DNA of 64,000 nucleotides from Candidatus Latescibacterota bacterium. GTDB lineage: Bacteria; Latescibacterota; UBA2968; GCA-2709665. The notes beneath the pieces are model-generated. The model was given only the letters and a program-made list of their open reading frames with translations, was not told where the DNA came from and made no database searches. Position numbers and translations under genes: made by a program. Where the stretch lies: NCBI GenBank assembly GCA_965248435.1, contig OZ252100.1, positions 1,472,001 through 1,536,000 on the forward strand. Direction: 5' to 3'. Shown one piece after another: positions 40,134 through 48,562 of the stretch. Position 1 is the first letter of the stretch, and each line of letters begins with the position of its first letter.

Positions 40134-40360
40134 CATCAGGGCCGCGGTGTGCGACTCCGATGCAACCAGCTCATTTCTCCTCCCAGCGGGTTGGTTCCTC
40201 AGTGATCGCGAGCGAGTGGTGAGGATTTGGCCTTCCTGCCGTGGACTGTTTATGCCACTGAGGGTGAGGTGCCGCGGCCGGAGCCCCCCCGGCGCCTGAG
40301 GGGAGCCCTTCTTTTGTCCAACTTTTCTTGGGCGAGCAGGAAAAGTTGGCCGCCGGAGGC
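40134..40360 (+). repeat. 227-bp structured dispersed element copy 2
   Basis: Same length as copy 1, 515 bp downstream, substitutions only. Confidence 0.9.
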
Positions 40361-40523
40361 TAAAGGTGGTCGATCGTCGTTCGTCGTTCGTAGACCCACC
40401 CCGCCCAGCTCATAGTTCAGCGCTGTCTGGGTCACCGTTTCGAATTGCGACGGGGCACACCTCCTGGGAGGGGACTCGCAATCCTCTCTTGATATGCCCC
40501 TTGAATATGAAAGCCCCCATTCA

Positions 40524-40719
40524 GGGGTTCGCCAGCAGGAGTTGGCTCCTACCGGATACAATTCGCCAATTCATTCGGTAGGAGCCGTCTCCAGACGGCG
40601 AACAATTCGATCGCGATGTCTGTCTCGGACAACCGTACGTGCCGTCTCCTGACGGCGAACAATTCGATCACGGTGTGTCGTCTCGGACAGCTGTACCCGC
40701 CGTCTCCCGGCGGCGAACA
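40524..40719. repeat. Inverted GTAG-type REP doublet followed by a 57/58-bp tandem repeat
   Basis: gttcgcc...ggctcctac faces gtaggagcc...ggcgaac; core GCCGTCTCCnGnCGGCGAACA recurs at 40584, 40641, 40699. Confidence 0.8.
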
Positions 40720-40748
40720 TTCCAACCTTCGCCAAGGTTTGGAAATTC

Positions 40749-40777
40749 TTGACTCACCAGATGCCACATCGTACCAT
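40749..40777 (+). promoter_or_regulatory. Sigma-70 promoter
   Basis: TTGACT-N17-TACCAT upstream of ATG 40818. Confidence 0.6.
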
Positions 40778-40817
40778 AGGCCTTTCACCTTCCACATCTG
40801 CCACCCAGGGTCATGAG

Positions 40818-41738
40818 ATGGAAGCTTCGGCAAAAGAATCCATTCCCGAAATCCCCAGGGAGACGAAACTCTCGGAGGAGTACTTCTTCCATTACACCAC
40901 GGAATTGTCCTTCGAACCGGGAGAAGTCGCCTTCGTGATGATCGACCTCTGGAACACCGGGTTTGGCCCGGCGCCCCTTTCGGATCTGGGCTGGGAAGCG
41001 GAGTACAACTGCGGCAAGAGCTTTTGTGACCGGGCGGCGGAAATCGAGAAAACGAAGATTCTCCCCATGCTGGAGGCCTGCAGGGAGAACGGTCTGACCG
41101 TGGTACACGCGCCGACGCGCGACATTGCCCTGAAATACTCACAGTGGGAAACCCTCGCCACCGATCCAGAGAAACAGGCGGCGCGATCGAAAGGAGCGGC
41201 CAAGGTACCAGGGGGAAGGGCTGAATCGCCGACTTCGGCGACGTCTGACTGGCCTCCTTCCGACTGGGTGAAGCGCTGGCAGCTCGAGCACACCTTTCTG
41301 TATCGCACTGAGGAATGGATTACGAACTACTACGCGCAAGTCAGGCCCAACCAGGACATTCCGGCGCCCCTGCGTCCGGCCGGCGGCGACCTCGTCGTCT
41401 CTTCGGGGGAGATGCTGCACCGCCTGCTTCGGGATCGGCAGGTCAAGGTCCTGTTCTACTGCGGGTTCGCGGCGAACATGTGTTTGGCCGACAAATCGGG
41501 CGCGATCAAGGATATGTACAGTCGCGGCTACATGCCGATCGTCATTCGAGATGCGACCGCGGCCGTGGAAACCGCTCAAACGATCGACGGCCTCTGGGCG
41601 ACGCACGTGACCATCGACCAGATCGAAATGAAGTGGGGATACTCTGTGACGACCCATGAATTCCTCGAGGCGGTCAGGAGCGGCGGCAAGCTCACCCTGC
41701 CCTGCCGGTATGTTCGAATGCATAAACCCACGGAGTAG
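40818..41738 (+). CDS. Isochorismatase/cysteine hydrolase family protein
   Basis: [31 protein letters not shown]. Confidence 0.85.
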   Translation: MEASAKESIPEIPRETKLSEEYFFHYTTELSFEPGEVAFVMIDLWNTGFGPAPLSDLGWEAEYNCGKSFCDRAAEIEKTKILPMLEACRENGLTVVHAPTRDIALKYSQWETLATDPEKQAARSKGAAKVPGGRAESPTSATSDWPPSDWVKRWQLEHTFLYRTEEWITNYYAQVRPNQDIPAPLRPAGGDLVVSSGEMLHRLLRDRQVKVLFYCGFAANMCLADKSGAIKDMYSRGYMPIVIRDATAAVETAQTIDGLWATHVTIDQIEMKWGYSVTTHEFLEAVRSGGKLTLPCRYVRMHKPTE

Positions 41739-41745
41739 TCGAGCA

Positions 41746-42642
41746 ATGGCCCCTTATTCCATCCAAAGCCGGGAGAACCGATTCACGCTGCACCAGGGGG
41801 ACTGCCTCTCGGGAATGCGCAGCGAACTTCCCGATGGCTCCGTGGACGTCGTCGTGACCTCGCCCCCCTACAACCTTGGGACGAGTTATGAAGCCTACGA
41901 CGACACCATCCCGCGCGAACAATATCTGAACTGGCTCGATGAGTGGGCCTCCATCGTCAAGGAAGTGCTCGCAGACGAAGGCTCGCTCTTCCTGAACATC
42001 GGCGCCAAACCCTCCGACCCAACCGTCCCCTTCGAAGTCCTGAACATCGCACAGAAACACTTCCGCCTCCAGAACGTGATCCACTGGGTCAAATCGATCG
42101 CGATACAGAAGGAGGATGTCGGCGACTATCCCGGCATTACCGGAAACATCGGCGTGGGCCACTTTAAGCCGATCAACAGCCCGCGCTTTCTGAATGGCTG
42201 TCACGAATACATCTTCCACCTGACGAAACAGGGCGATGTCAAACTGGACCGCCTCGCGGTCGGCGTCGAGTACCAGGACAAGTCGAACGTCGCGCGGTGG
42301 AAGTCCGCCGGGCAGGATCGAAGGTGCCGGGGAAACACGTGGTTTATTCCCTACAAGACGATCAAGAGCCGGGAAAAACAGCGCCCGCATCCCGCCACCT
42401 TCCCCGTCAAGATTCCCAAGATGTGCATTCAGCTCCACGGCCTCGAGAGAGCGCGTCTGGTCCTCGACCCATTCTGCGGAATCGGCATGACGGCCCTGGC
42501 GTGTATGGAGCTCGGCATGGACTTCGTTGGATTCGAAATCGACCCGGCCTACTTCGAGGAGGCCCGAAGGGCGATCGCCTCGTTGGATTCGAACCCTGAA
42601 GATCATCTGATCAGCACATCTTCACAGGAGCCGCTCCGATGA
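41746..42642 (+). CDS. Site-specific amino-DNA methyltransferase (beta class, probably N4-cytosine), orphan
   Basis: GDCL, VTSPPYN (motif IV) N-terminal; HPATFP; VLDPFCGIG (motif I) C-terminal. Confidence 0.93.
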   Translation: MAPYSIQSRENRFTLHQGDCLSGMRSELPDGSVDVVVTSPPYNLGTSYEAYDDTIPREQYLNWLDEWASIVKEVLADEGSLFLNIGAKPSDPTVPFEVLNIAQKHFRLQNVIHWVKSIAIQKEDVGDYPGITGNIGVGHFKPINSPRFLNGCHEYIFHLTKQGDVKLDRLAVGVEYQDKSNVARWKSAGQDRRCRGNTWFIPYKTIKSREKQRPHPATFPVKIPKMCIQLHGLERARLVLDPFCGIGMTALACMELGMDFVGFEIDPAYFEEARRAIASLDSNPEDHLISTSSQEPLR

Positions 42643-43409
42643 TCCTGGAAAAATTTTCGCTCAAAGACCAGGTCGGCATCGTGACAGGCGGGGGCCAGGG
42701 CCTGGGTGAGGCGTTCTGCAGCGCCTTCGCGGAAGTCGGCGCGGATATCGTCGTCGCCGAAATCAATCCGGAAACAGGTCCAGCTGCCGTCGCGAAAATC
42801 GAAGCGCTGGGCCGCCGGGCGCTCTTTGTCCGGACCGACGTCAGGGACCGTGAAAACGTCAACGAGATGGTCCAAAAGGTCCTGGAGAAGTTCGGCCGGG
42901 TCGATTTCCTGATGAACAACGCCGGCATCGTCTCCTGGGGAGAGGCCGAAAACGTCTCTCAAGCGGACTGGCTCAACGTCCTCGATGTGAACCTGAACGG
43001 GCTGTTCTATTGCTGTCAGGCCGTCTCGGCGCCCATGATCGAACACAGGAGCGGCCGCATCATCAACATCGCGTCCATGTCCGGGGCCATCGTGAACGTT
43101 CCTCAACCTCAGGCCTCCTACAACGCTTCGAAAGCGGCCGTCGTCCACCTCACCCGGTCCCTCGCGTCCGAGTGGGCCCCTCACAACATCAGGGTGAACG
43201 CCATCGCGCCCGGCTACATGAAAACCGCGATTACCCAGCCCTACATCGATAACCCCGAATACGGTGGGACGTGGATCGAGGCCACCCCCATGAAGCGTGC
43301 GGGACTCCCCGAGGAGCTCGCCCCTGCGGCCGTCTTCCTGGCCTCCGATGCCTCCAGCTTCGTCACCGGCACAACGATCACGATAGACGGCGGATTTACG
43401 CTCCGGTGA
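42639..43409 (+). CDS. SDR family oxidoreductase (sugar/polyol dehydrogenase-like)
   Basis: [23 protein letters not shown]. Confidence 0.93.
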   Translation: MILEKFSLKDQVGIVTGGGQGLGEAFCSAFAEVGADIVVAEINPETGPAAVAKIEALGRRALFVRTDVRDRENVNEMVQKVLEKFGRVDFLMNNAGIVSWGEAENVSQADWLNVLDVNLNGLFYCCQAVSAPMIEHRSGRIINIASMSGAIVNVPQPQASYNASKAAVVHLTRSLASEWAPHNIRVNAIAPGYMKTAITQPYIDNPEYGGTWIEATPMKRAGLPEELAPAAVFLASDASSFVTGTTITIDGGFTLR

Positions 43410-43452
43410 TTTGCGTACGACTCTCGACGCTTCAATGCTTTCCGACTTCGCT

Positions 43453-43546
43453 ATTCTGGAGTATTGCAGTACTGGAGGGGTACTGGAAAGCCTCCAAATA
43501 AGCCCTGTCACCCCAATACTCCATTGCTCCATTACTCCATTTCCCC
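43453..43546 (+). repeat. Octamer-periodic hairpin element copy 3
   Basis: Identical 25-bp head; inverted arm ccaatactccattgctccattactccattt. Confidence 0.85.
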
Positions 43547-43579
43547 AAAACTAGCCCTTTTATTTGGAGATGCTTAGCC

Positions 43580-44431
43580 GTGAAAAAGACCTGGACCTGG
43601 TCCGTTACGAGCGGCCCCCTGCTCGGAAGATCCCACACCGAGATACAGGACATATGCAAACAGGCCGGCTCTGGCATCGAAGCGGGCATGAAACTGTTCG
43701 GCCTGATCCCGGAGGCGGAACTCGAAACCCTCGGCGAAGACTACCGGAGCGCAGGCGTCAGGATCGAAACCTTCCACCTCCCCTTTACGCCCCAGGACGA
43801 CCTCGCCTCCTTCTACGAGACGGTGAGGCAGAGAGCGGTTGAAACGGCCGTGCGCGGGATAGAGCGTGGAGCGGCGCTCGGGGCATCGGTCGGCATCCAG
43901 CATCCTTCGATGAGTACCTTCAGCGTAGATAACGAGGGCCTGGATCCGTTCATGAGGCAGCTCGGAAAGAGCCTGAAGACACTCCTCGATGTCGCCGAGA
44001 AGAACCGATTTACGATCGCGATCGAGAATATGGGCGCGAAAGGAAGACTGGGGGGTCGACCCGAACATTTCGAGCGCCTCAAGCAGGAATTCGACCATCC
44101 CAATCTCGGTTTTTGCCTGGACTCTGGACACGCCCTGATGGCCCTGGGTCCGGAACGCGCTGGCGAATTCTTCGACGTCATGGCCCCAAAGATCGTCGCT
44201 TTCCACCTGGCCGACAACGCGGGAGACCGCGACTCTCACCTGGCGCCCGGGCACGGTCTCGTCGACTGGACCGGATTCTTTCGGCGCGTCTCTGAGATCC
44301 AGTTTTCGCGTGCGATGTGCATCGAAACGCCGCCGTTCGCTCCCGGCCCGGACTACCGTCCGGAGGCGTGGAAAGAGATGGTCGCCGACGTGGACGCCCT
44401 CGCTCGGGCCGCACTGAGTGAACCGTCATGA
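43580..44431 (+). CDS. Sugar phosphate isomerase/epimerase (xylose isomerase-like TIM barrel)
   Basis: AIENM, CLDSGHA, FHLADN, HLAPGHG, CIE metal-binding motifs. Confidence 0.88.
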   Translation: MKKTWTWSVTSGPLLGRSHTEIQDICKQAGSGIEAGMKLFGLIPEAELETLGEDYRSAGVRIETFHLPFTPQDDLASFYETVRQRAVETAVRGIERGAALGASVGIQHPSMSTFSVDNEGLDPFMRQLGKSLKTLLDVAEKNRFTIAIENMGAKGRLGGRPEHFERLKQEFDHPNLGFCLDSGHALMALGPERAGEFFDVMAPKIVAFHLADNAGDRDSHLAPGHGLVDWTGFFRRVSEIQFSRAMCIETPPFAPGPDYRPEAWKEMVADVDALARAALSEPS

Positions 44432-45219
44432 AATGGGATGCCCGATACGGGCCCTGGGCGCTGGTCACAGGGGCATCGTCCGGACTGGGCGCGGAATTCG
44501 TCCGGCAGATCGCGGCAAGAGGGCTGAACGTCGTCCTGGTCGCCAGGCGCCGGGAGAAAATGCAGGCGCTTGCGGACGAAGTCGAGCGCGCGAGCGCCGT
44601 CCAGACCCGGGTCATACCCGCAGATCTCACCGAAGCGGGCGCCTGCACGGGCGTCGCTCAGGAAACGAGGGACCTGGAGATCGGCCTGCTGGTCAACAAC
44701 GCCGGTTTCGGTCTGTCCGGCGACTATCCATCCTGCGACCCGGATCGCCAGGTCAACATGACGGTCCTGAACTGTGTCGTACCGGTGCTCCTCACCAACC
44801 ACTTTCTCCCCCTGATGCTCGAGCGAGAGCGGGGCGGCATCATCTTCCTGGCCTCGACCGCCGCCTATCAGGCGACCCCCTACCTGGGAACCTACGGCGC
44901 CACCAAGGCCTTCAACCTCATGCTGGGGGAGTCCCTCTGGCGGGAGGTCCATCACCTGGGTGTCGACAGCCTCGCCCTTTCCCCCGGATTCACTAAGACG
45001 GAATTTCAGGCCGTCGCCAACATCGAGGATGCAGGCCCCTTCCGAGAGGCGACACCCGATGCCGTCGTCGCTAAGGGCCTGAAAAGTTTGGGGAAGCGGC
45101 CCTCCGTCGTTCACGGTGCCCTGAACAACCTGCTCACGTTTTCCACCCGAATCCTTCCCAGAAGGGCCGTCACCGCGATTACGGGGACCGCACTGAAGGG
45201 AAGGGCCACCTCCTCTTGA
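44428..45219 (+). CDS. SDR family oxidoreductase
   Basis: YGPWALVTGASSGLG, NNAG, YGATK. Confidence 0.93.
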   Translation: MKWDARYGPWALVTGASSGLGAEFVRQIAARGLNVVLVARRREKMQALADEVERASAVQTRVIPADLTEAGACTGVAQETRDLEIGLLVNNAGFGLSGDYPSCDPDRQVNMTVLNCVVPVLLTNHFLPLMLERERGGIIFLASTAAYQATPYLGTYGATKAFNLMLGESLWREVHHLGVDSLALSPGFTKTEFQAVANIEDAGPFREATPDAVVAKGLKSLGKRPSVVHGALNNLLTFSTRILPRRAVTAITGTALKGRATSS

Positions 45220-46325
45220 AACAGCTCACCTGCCAGGCTTGTAGCACGGTCTACCCCTTTGAAGACCCCAGGTGGAAGTGCGACTGCGGCCAACCTCTCG
45301 ATCTTCAATTTGATTCGCGCTTCAGCCCAGACCAGGTAAAAACCGGAAAGCCAACCATGTGGCGATACCGGGAGGCCCTGCCGATCCAGAATGACGGCCA
45401 CATCGTCTCCTTCGACGAAGGTTTCACGCCCCTTCTGGAGACGCGAATCGGCGGAAACAGAATCTGGATCAAACAGGAACAGCTCTTCCCCACCGGCTCA
45501 TACAAGGACCGGGGCGCGTCGGTCCTCATCAGCAGGGCCGTGGAGCTCGGCATTCGGAAGGTCGTGGAGGACTCATCAGGGAATGCAGGCGCAGCAATCG
45601 CCGCCTACGCCGCGCTTGCCGGAATCGAATGTGAGATCTTCGTACCCGAGGCGACCGCACCGGCGAAACTCGCACAGATCGGGCTCTACGGTGCGGCGCT
45701 CCACAAGGTACCTGGCTCGCGCGAAGATACGGCGCGCGCCGTCCTCGTGGCCGCGGAGACCGAATTCTACGCAAGCCATTCCTGGTCCCCCTTCTTTCTT
45801 CACGGCACCAAGACCTACGCCTACGAAATCTGGGAACAGCTCGGGTTCAGTGCGCCGGACGTATTGATTATCCCGACGGGCAACGGGACCCTTCTGATCG
45901 GCGCCTACCTCGGATTTCAAGACCTCCTGTCCCAAAACCTCATCTCCGCGCTTCCCAGAATCATCGCGGTTCAGTCGGAAAACTGTGCGCCTCTACACAA
46001 GATGTGGGCGGATCGGCTGGAGCAGCTTCCCCCCATGCAGCCGGAGAAAACCATCGCAGAGGGCATCGCCATCGCAGAACCCATCAGAGGCCGACAGACC
46101 GTCGACGCGGTCCGCAAGACCGAGGGGGCGTTCGTCACCGTATCGGAACGCGAGATTTTGACCGCGCTCGTGGAAATGGGCAGGAACGGTTGGTTTATGG
46201 AGCCAACGTCTGCCGCGGCTTTTGCAGGGCTCGAGAAATGCAGCATCGATGAACGGGAGACCGTCGTCGTACCGATCACGGGGCACGGCCTAAAATCGAC
46301 CGACAAACTGCTCAGCCTCCTGTAG
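45216..46325 (+). CDS. thrC: Threonine synthase-like PLP-dependent enzyme
   Basis: N-terminal CxxC...CxCG; PTGSYKDRG PLP lysine; SSGNAG; PTGNGT; EPTSA; TGHGLK. Confidence 0.85.
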   Translation: MKQLTCQACSTVYPFEDPRWKCDCGQPLDLQFDSRFSPDQVKTGKPTMWRYREALPIQNDGHIVSFDEGFTPLLETRIGGNRIWIKQEQLFPTGSYKDRGASVLISRAVELGIRKVVEDSSGNAGAAIAAYAALAGIECEIFVPEATAPAKLAQIGLYGAALHKVPGSREDTARAVLVAAETEFYASHSWSPFFLHGTKTYAYEIWEQLGFSAPDVLIIPTGNGTLLIGAYLGFQDLLSQNLISALPRIIAVQSENCAPLHKMWADRLEQLPPMQPEKTIAEGIAIAEPIRGRQTVDAVRKTEGAFVTVSEREILTALVEMGRNGWFMEPTSAAAFAGLEKCSIDERETVVVPITGHGLKSTDKLLSLL

Positions 46326-46376
46326 ATATTGCCGTTACCCTAAGCCTTACAGCTCGCGAAACATATGGATCAAAGA

Positions 46377-46603
46377 CATCAGGGCCGCGGTGTGCGACTT
46401 ACCTTGCAACGAAGGGATTTCACCTCCAAGCGGATTGGACCCTCAGTGATCGTGAGCGCGTGGTGAGGATTTGGCCATCCTGCCGTGATCGTTTTTTCCA
46501 CTGAGGGTAAGGTGCCGCGGCCAAAGCCGCCGCGGCGACTGAGCGGCGCCCTTCTTTTGTCCAACTTTTCTTGGGCGAGCAAGAAAAGTTGGCCGCCGGA
46601 GGC
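46377..46603 (+). repeat. 227-bp structured dispersed element copy 3 (diverged)
   Basis: Same length and same 3' tail as copies 1 and 2; substitutions preserve stems. Confidence 0.9.
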
Positions 46604-46675
46604 ACGGTGTGTTGGGGTGGGGCGAATACAATTGAGATTTCGGTCCACGAGTAACGAACGACATAAAGAGAAAGA

Positions 46676-47227
46676 ATGAAACACGAGCGAATATCGGTTT
46701 TCTGTGGATCGAGCGACAACTCGGGCCGTGCCTATCACGAGGCCGCCGACCGTCTCGGGAGGATCCTGGCCAGAAGCGGGATCACGATCGTTTACGGCGG
46801 GGGGTCTACAGGACTCATGGGAAGGCTCGCGGATGCGGCGCTGGAGGAAGGCGGGAAGGTGGTTGGCGTCCTGCCCGGCTTTATGGACCAGAAAGAGTGG
46901 GGACACAGGGGCCTGACGGAGCTCCGGATGGTGGACGACATGCACCAGAGGAAGCGGGCGATGCTGGACGCCTCCGACGCCTGTGTCGCGCTGCCGGGAG
47001 GGTGTGGGACATTCGAGGAACTCTTCGAGGTCATCGCCTGGAAAAGCCTCGACCTGCACGGAAAGCCGATCGTAATCGTGAACGTGGAAGGGTTTTACGA
47101 CCCCTGCATGGAACTCCTGGAGCGAAGTATTTCCGAGGGGTTCATGACCCCGACTCACAGAGCAATCTGGACGCTCGTTCGTTCGCCCGATGAGGTCCTT
47201 CAAGCCCTGCAGTCCCCCCCGAGCTGA
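46676..47227 (+). CDS. LOG family protein (TIGR00730-type phosphoribohydrolase)
   Basis: VFCGSS, YGGG..GLMG, MHQRK, PGGCGTFEE motif. Confidence 0.93.
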   Translation: MKHERISVFCGSSDNSGRAYHEAADRLGRILARSGITIVYGGGSTGLMGRLADAALEEGGKVVGVLPGFMDQKEWGHRGLTELRMVDDMHQRKRAMLDASDACVALPGGCGTFEELFEVIAWKSLDLHGKPIVIVNVEGFYDPCMELLERSISEGFMTPTHRAIWTLVRSPDEVLQALQSPPS

Positions 47228-47278
47228 GAGAGAAACCTTCCCGCTCACCCTGCCTGCGCCAGACGACCGCTCGGAAGC

Positions 47279-47307
47279 TTGACATTTTCGCCCCGACGTC
47301 ATATACT
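47279..47307 (+). promoter_or_regulatory. Sigma-70 promoter
   Basis: TTGACA-N17-TATACT upstream of the MBL hydrolase. Confidence 0.75.
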
Positions 47308-47404
47308 ATTCCCACAAATGTGGCATATCCTACTAGTAAATCATTTACTTATCTCGCTCAACTCGATTCCCGCACCGCCACGAGCCGCGGGGAAAACCTA
47401 ACCG

Positions 47405-48355
47405 ATGTGGATCAAATTCTGGGGCGTTCGAGGGTCAGTCGCCTCCCCCATCTCGACTGAGGCACTCGAAGGCAAGCTGGTCGACCTCCTGCTCGCCTCC
47501 AATGGCCTCCAATTCTCGGGTCCGGACGAGGCCAGAGAATACCTCCACACCCATCCGATCTTCAAACGGGGCACCGTAGGCGGCAACACCTCCTGCGTGG
47601 AGATTCAGGCAGAGGGAAGCCGCCTCATCATCGACTCTGGGACGGGCATTTCGGGACTCGGCCGAGCCCTGATGCAGGAGGAATTTGGAAAGGGAAAGGG
47701 TCGGGCCGACATCCTGATGAGCCACACCCACTGGGATCACATCAGTGGGTTTCCGTTTTTCCCACCTATTTTCGTCCCCGGGAACCAGATTACGCTCTAC
47801 GGCTGCCATACTCACCTCAAGGATCGCTTTCTGAATCAGCACCACGAATACAATTTTCCCGTGCCATTCGAAGCGCTGCCGGCGGGCGTGAAATTTCGCA
47901 AATTATCCGCAGGCAAAGAAAAGAAGCTGGGCCCGTTTTCAGTAACTCCCGTCAAGCTCGTTCACCCCGGAGATTCCTACGCCTACAGGATCGAGCAAAA
48001 CAAACGCGCGTTCGTTTACGCAAGCGATGCCTCTTATGCCAATCTTCCTGCCAAGCTTATGGAGAAGTATATTGAGTTTTTCAAGAATGCCGACGCGCTC
48101 GTATTCGATGCACACTTTGCCTTGCTCGATTCGTTCGAAAAGAGCGACTGGGGTCACAGCTCGTCATTCATCGGGGTGGACATCGCCCTCAAAGCGAATG
48201 CCAAACACCTGATTCTCTACCACCACGATCCCTACAGCGACGACACTCAGCTGCAAAACCTGGTTCGGAGTACGCAGGAATACCTCGATCACGTTTCGCC
48301 GGACGGGAACTGCCGGGTCCTGATCGCCTACGAGGGATTGGAGATAGATCTCTAG
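47405..48355 (+). CDS. MBL-fold metallo-hydrolase (phosphodiesterase-like)
   Basis: FWGVRGS, GGNTSC, SHTHWDHISG, HPG, WGHS, YHHDP. Confidence 0.92.
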   Translation: MWIKFWGVRGSVASPISTEALEGKLVDLLLASNGLQFSGPDEAREYLHTHPIFKRGTVGGNTSCVEIQAEGSRLIIDSGTGISGLGRALMQEEFGKGKGRADILMSHTHWDHISGFPFFPPIFVPGNQITLYGCHTHLKDRFLNQHHEYNFPVPFEALPAGVKFRKLSAGKEKKLGPFSVTPVKLVHPGDSYAYRIEQNKRAFVYASDASYANLPAKLMEKYIEFFKNADALVFDAHFALLDSFEKSDWGHSSSFIGVDIALKANAKHLILYHHDPYSDDTQLQNLVRSTQEYLDHVSPDGNCRVLIAYEGLEIDL

Positions 48356-48439
48356 AAGCTGACCGCAGACCACGGACCACAGACGGCTGAAAGACACGTA
48401 TGATCACGCTGCTCATTCTTGGTGTCTGCCGTCCACATG

Positions 48440-48463
48440 AAAAAAGGAGACCGAAGTCTCCTT
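48440..48463 (-). terminator. Intrinsic terminator
   Basis: AAGGAGAC/GTCTCCTT stem with UUCG loop on the minus strand followed by a U tract; between convergent genes. Confidence 0.7.
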
Positions 48464-48472
48464 GTGAACTTG

Positions 48473-48498
48473 GAGACGCCCCACCGGGGCGTCTCTAC
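48473..48498. repeat. GTAG-family REP palindrome
   Basis: GAGACGCCCC-ACC-GGGGCGTCTCTAC; near-identical to 63277-63305. Confidence 0.75.
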
Positions 48499-48562
48499 GG
48501 CCACGGCCTCTTTGGCGTGAATTGCCTTTCGAACAACGAACGACGATCAACGAACGACGGCT

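Noticed and set aside
39656-40561. Short ORFs such as MAFLPWTVYATEGEVPRPEPP... (39712, 40227) and similar ones at 46420-46719
   Set aside because: They are translations of the 227-bp repeat, diverge immediately outside it, and lack RBS or domain features
40584-40719. Three ~21-bp repeats at 57-58-bp spacing as a mini CRISPR array
   Set aside because: The spacers are clearly homologous to each other, the repeat is a REP core, and there are no cas genes
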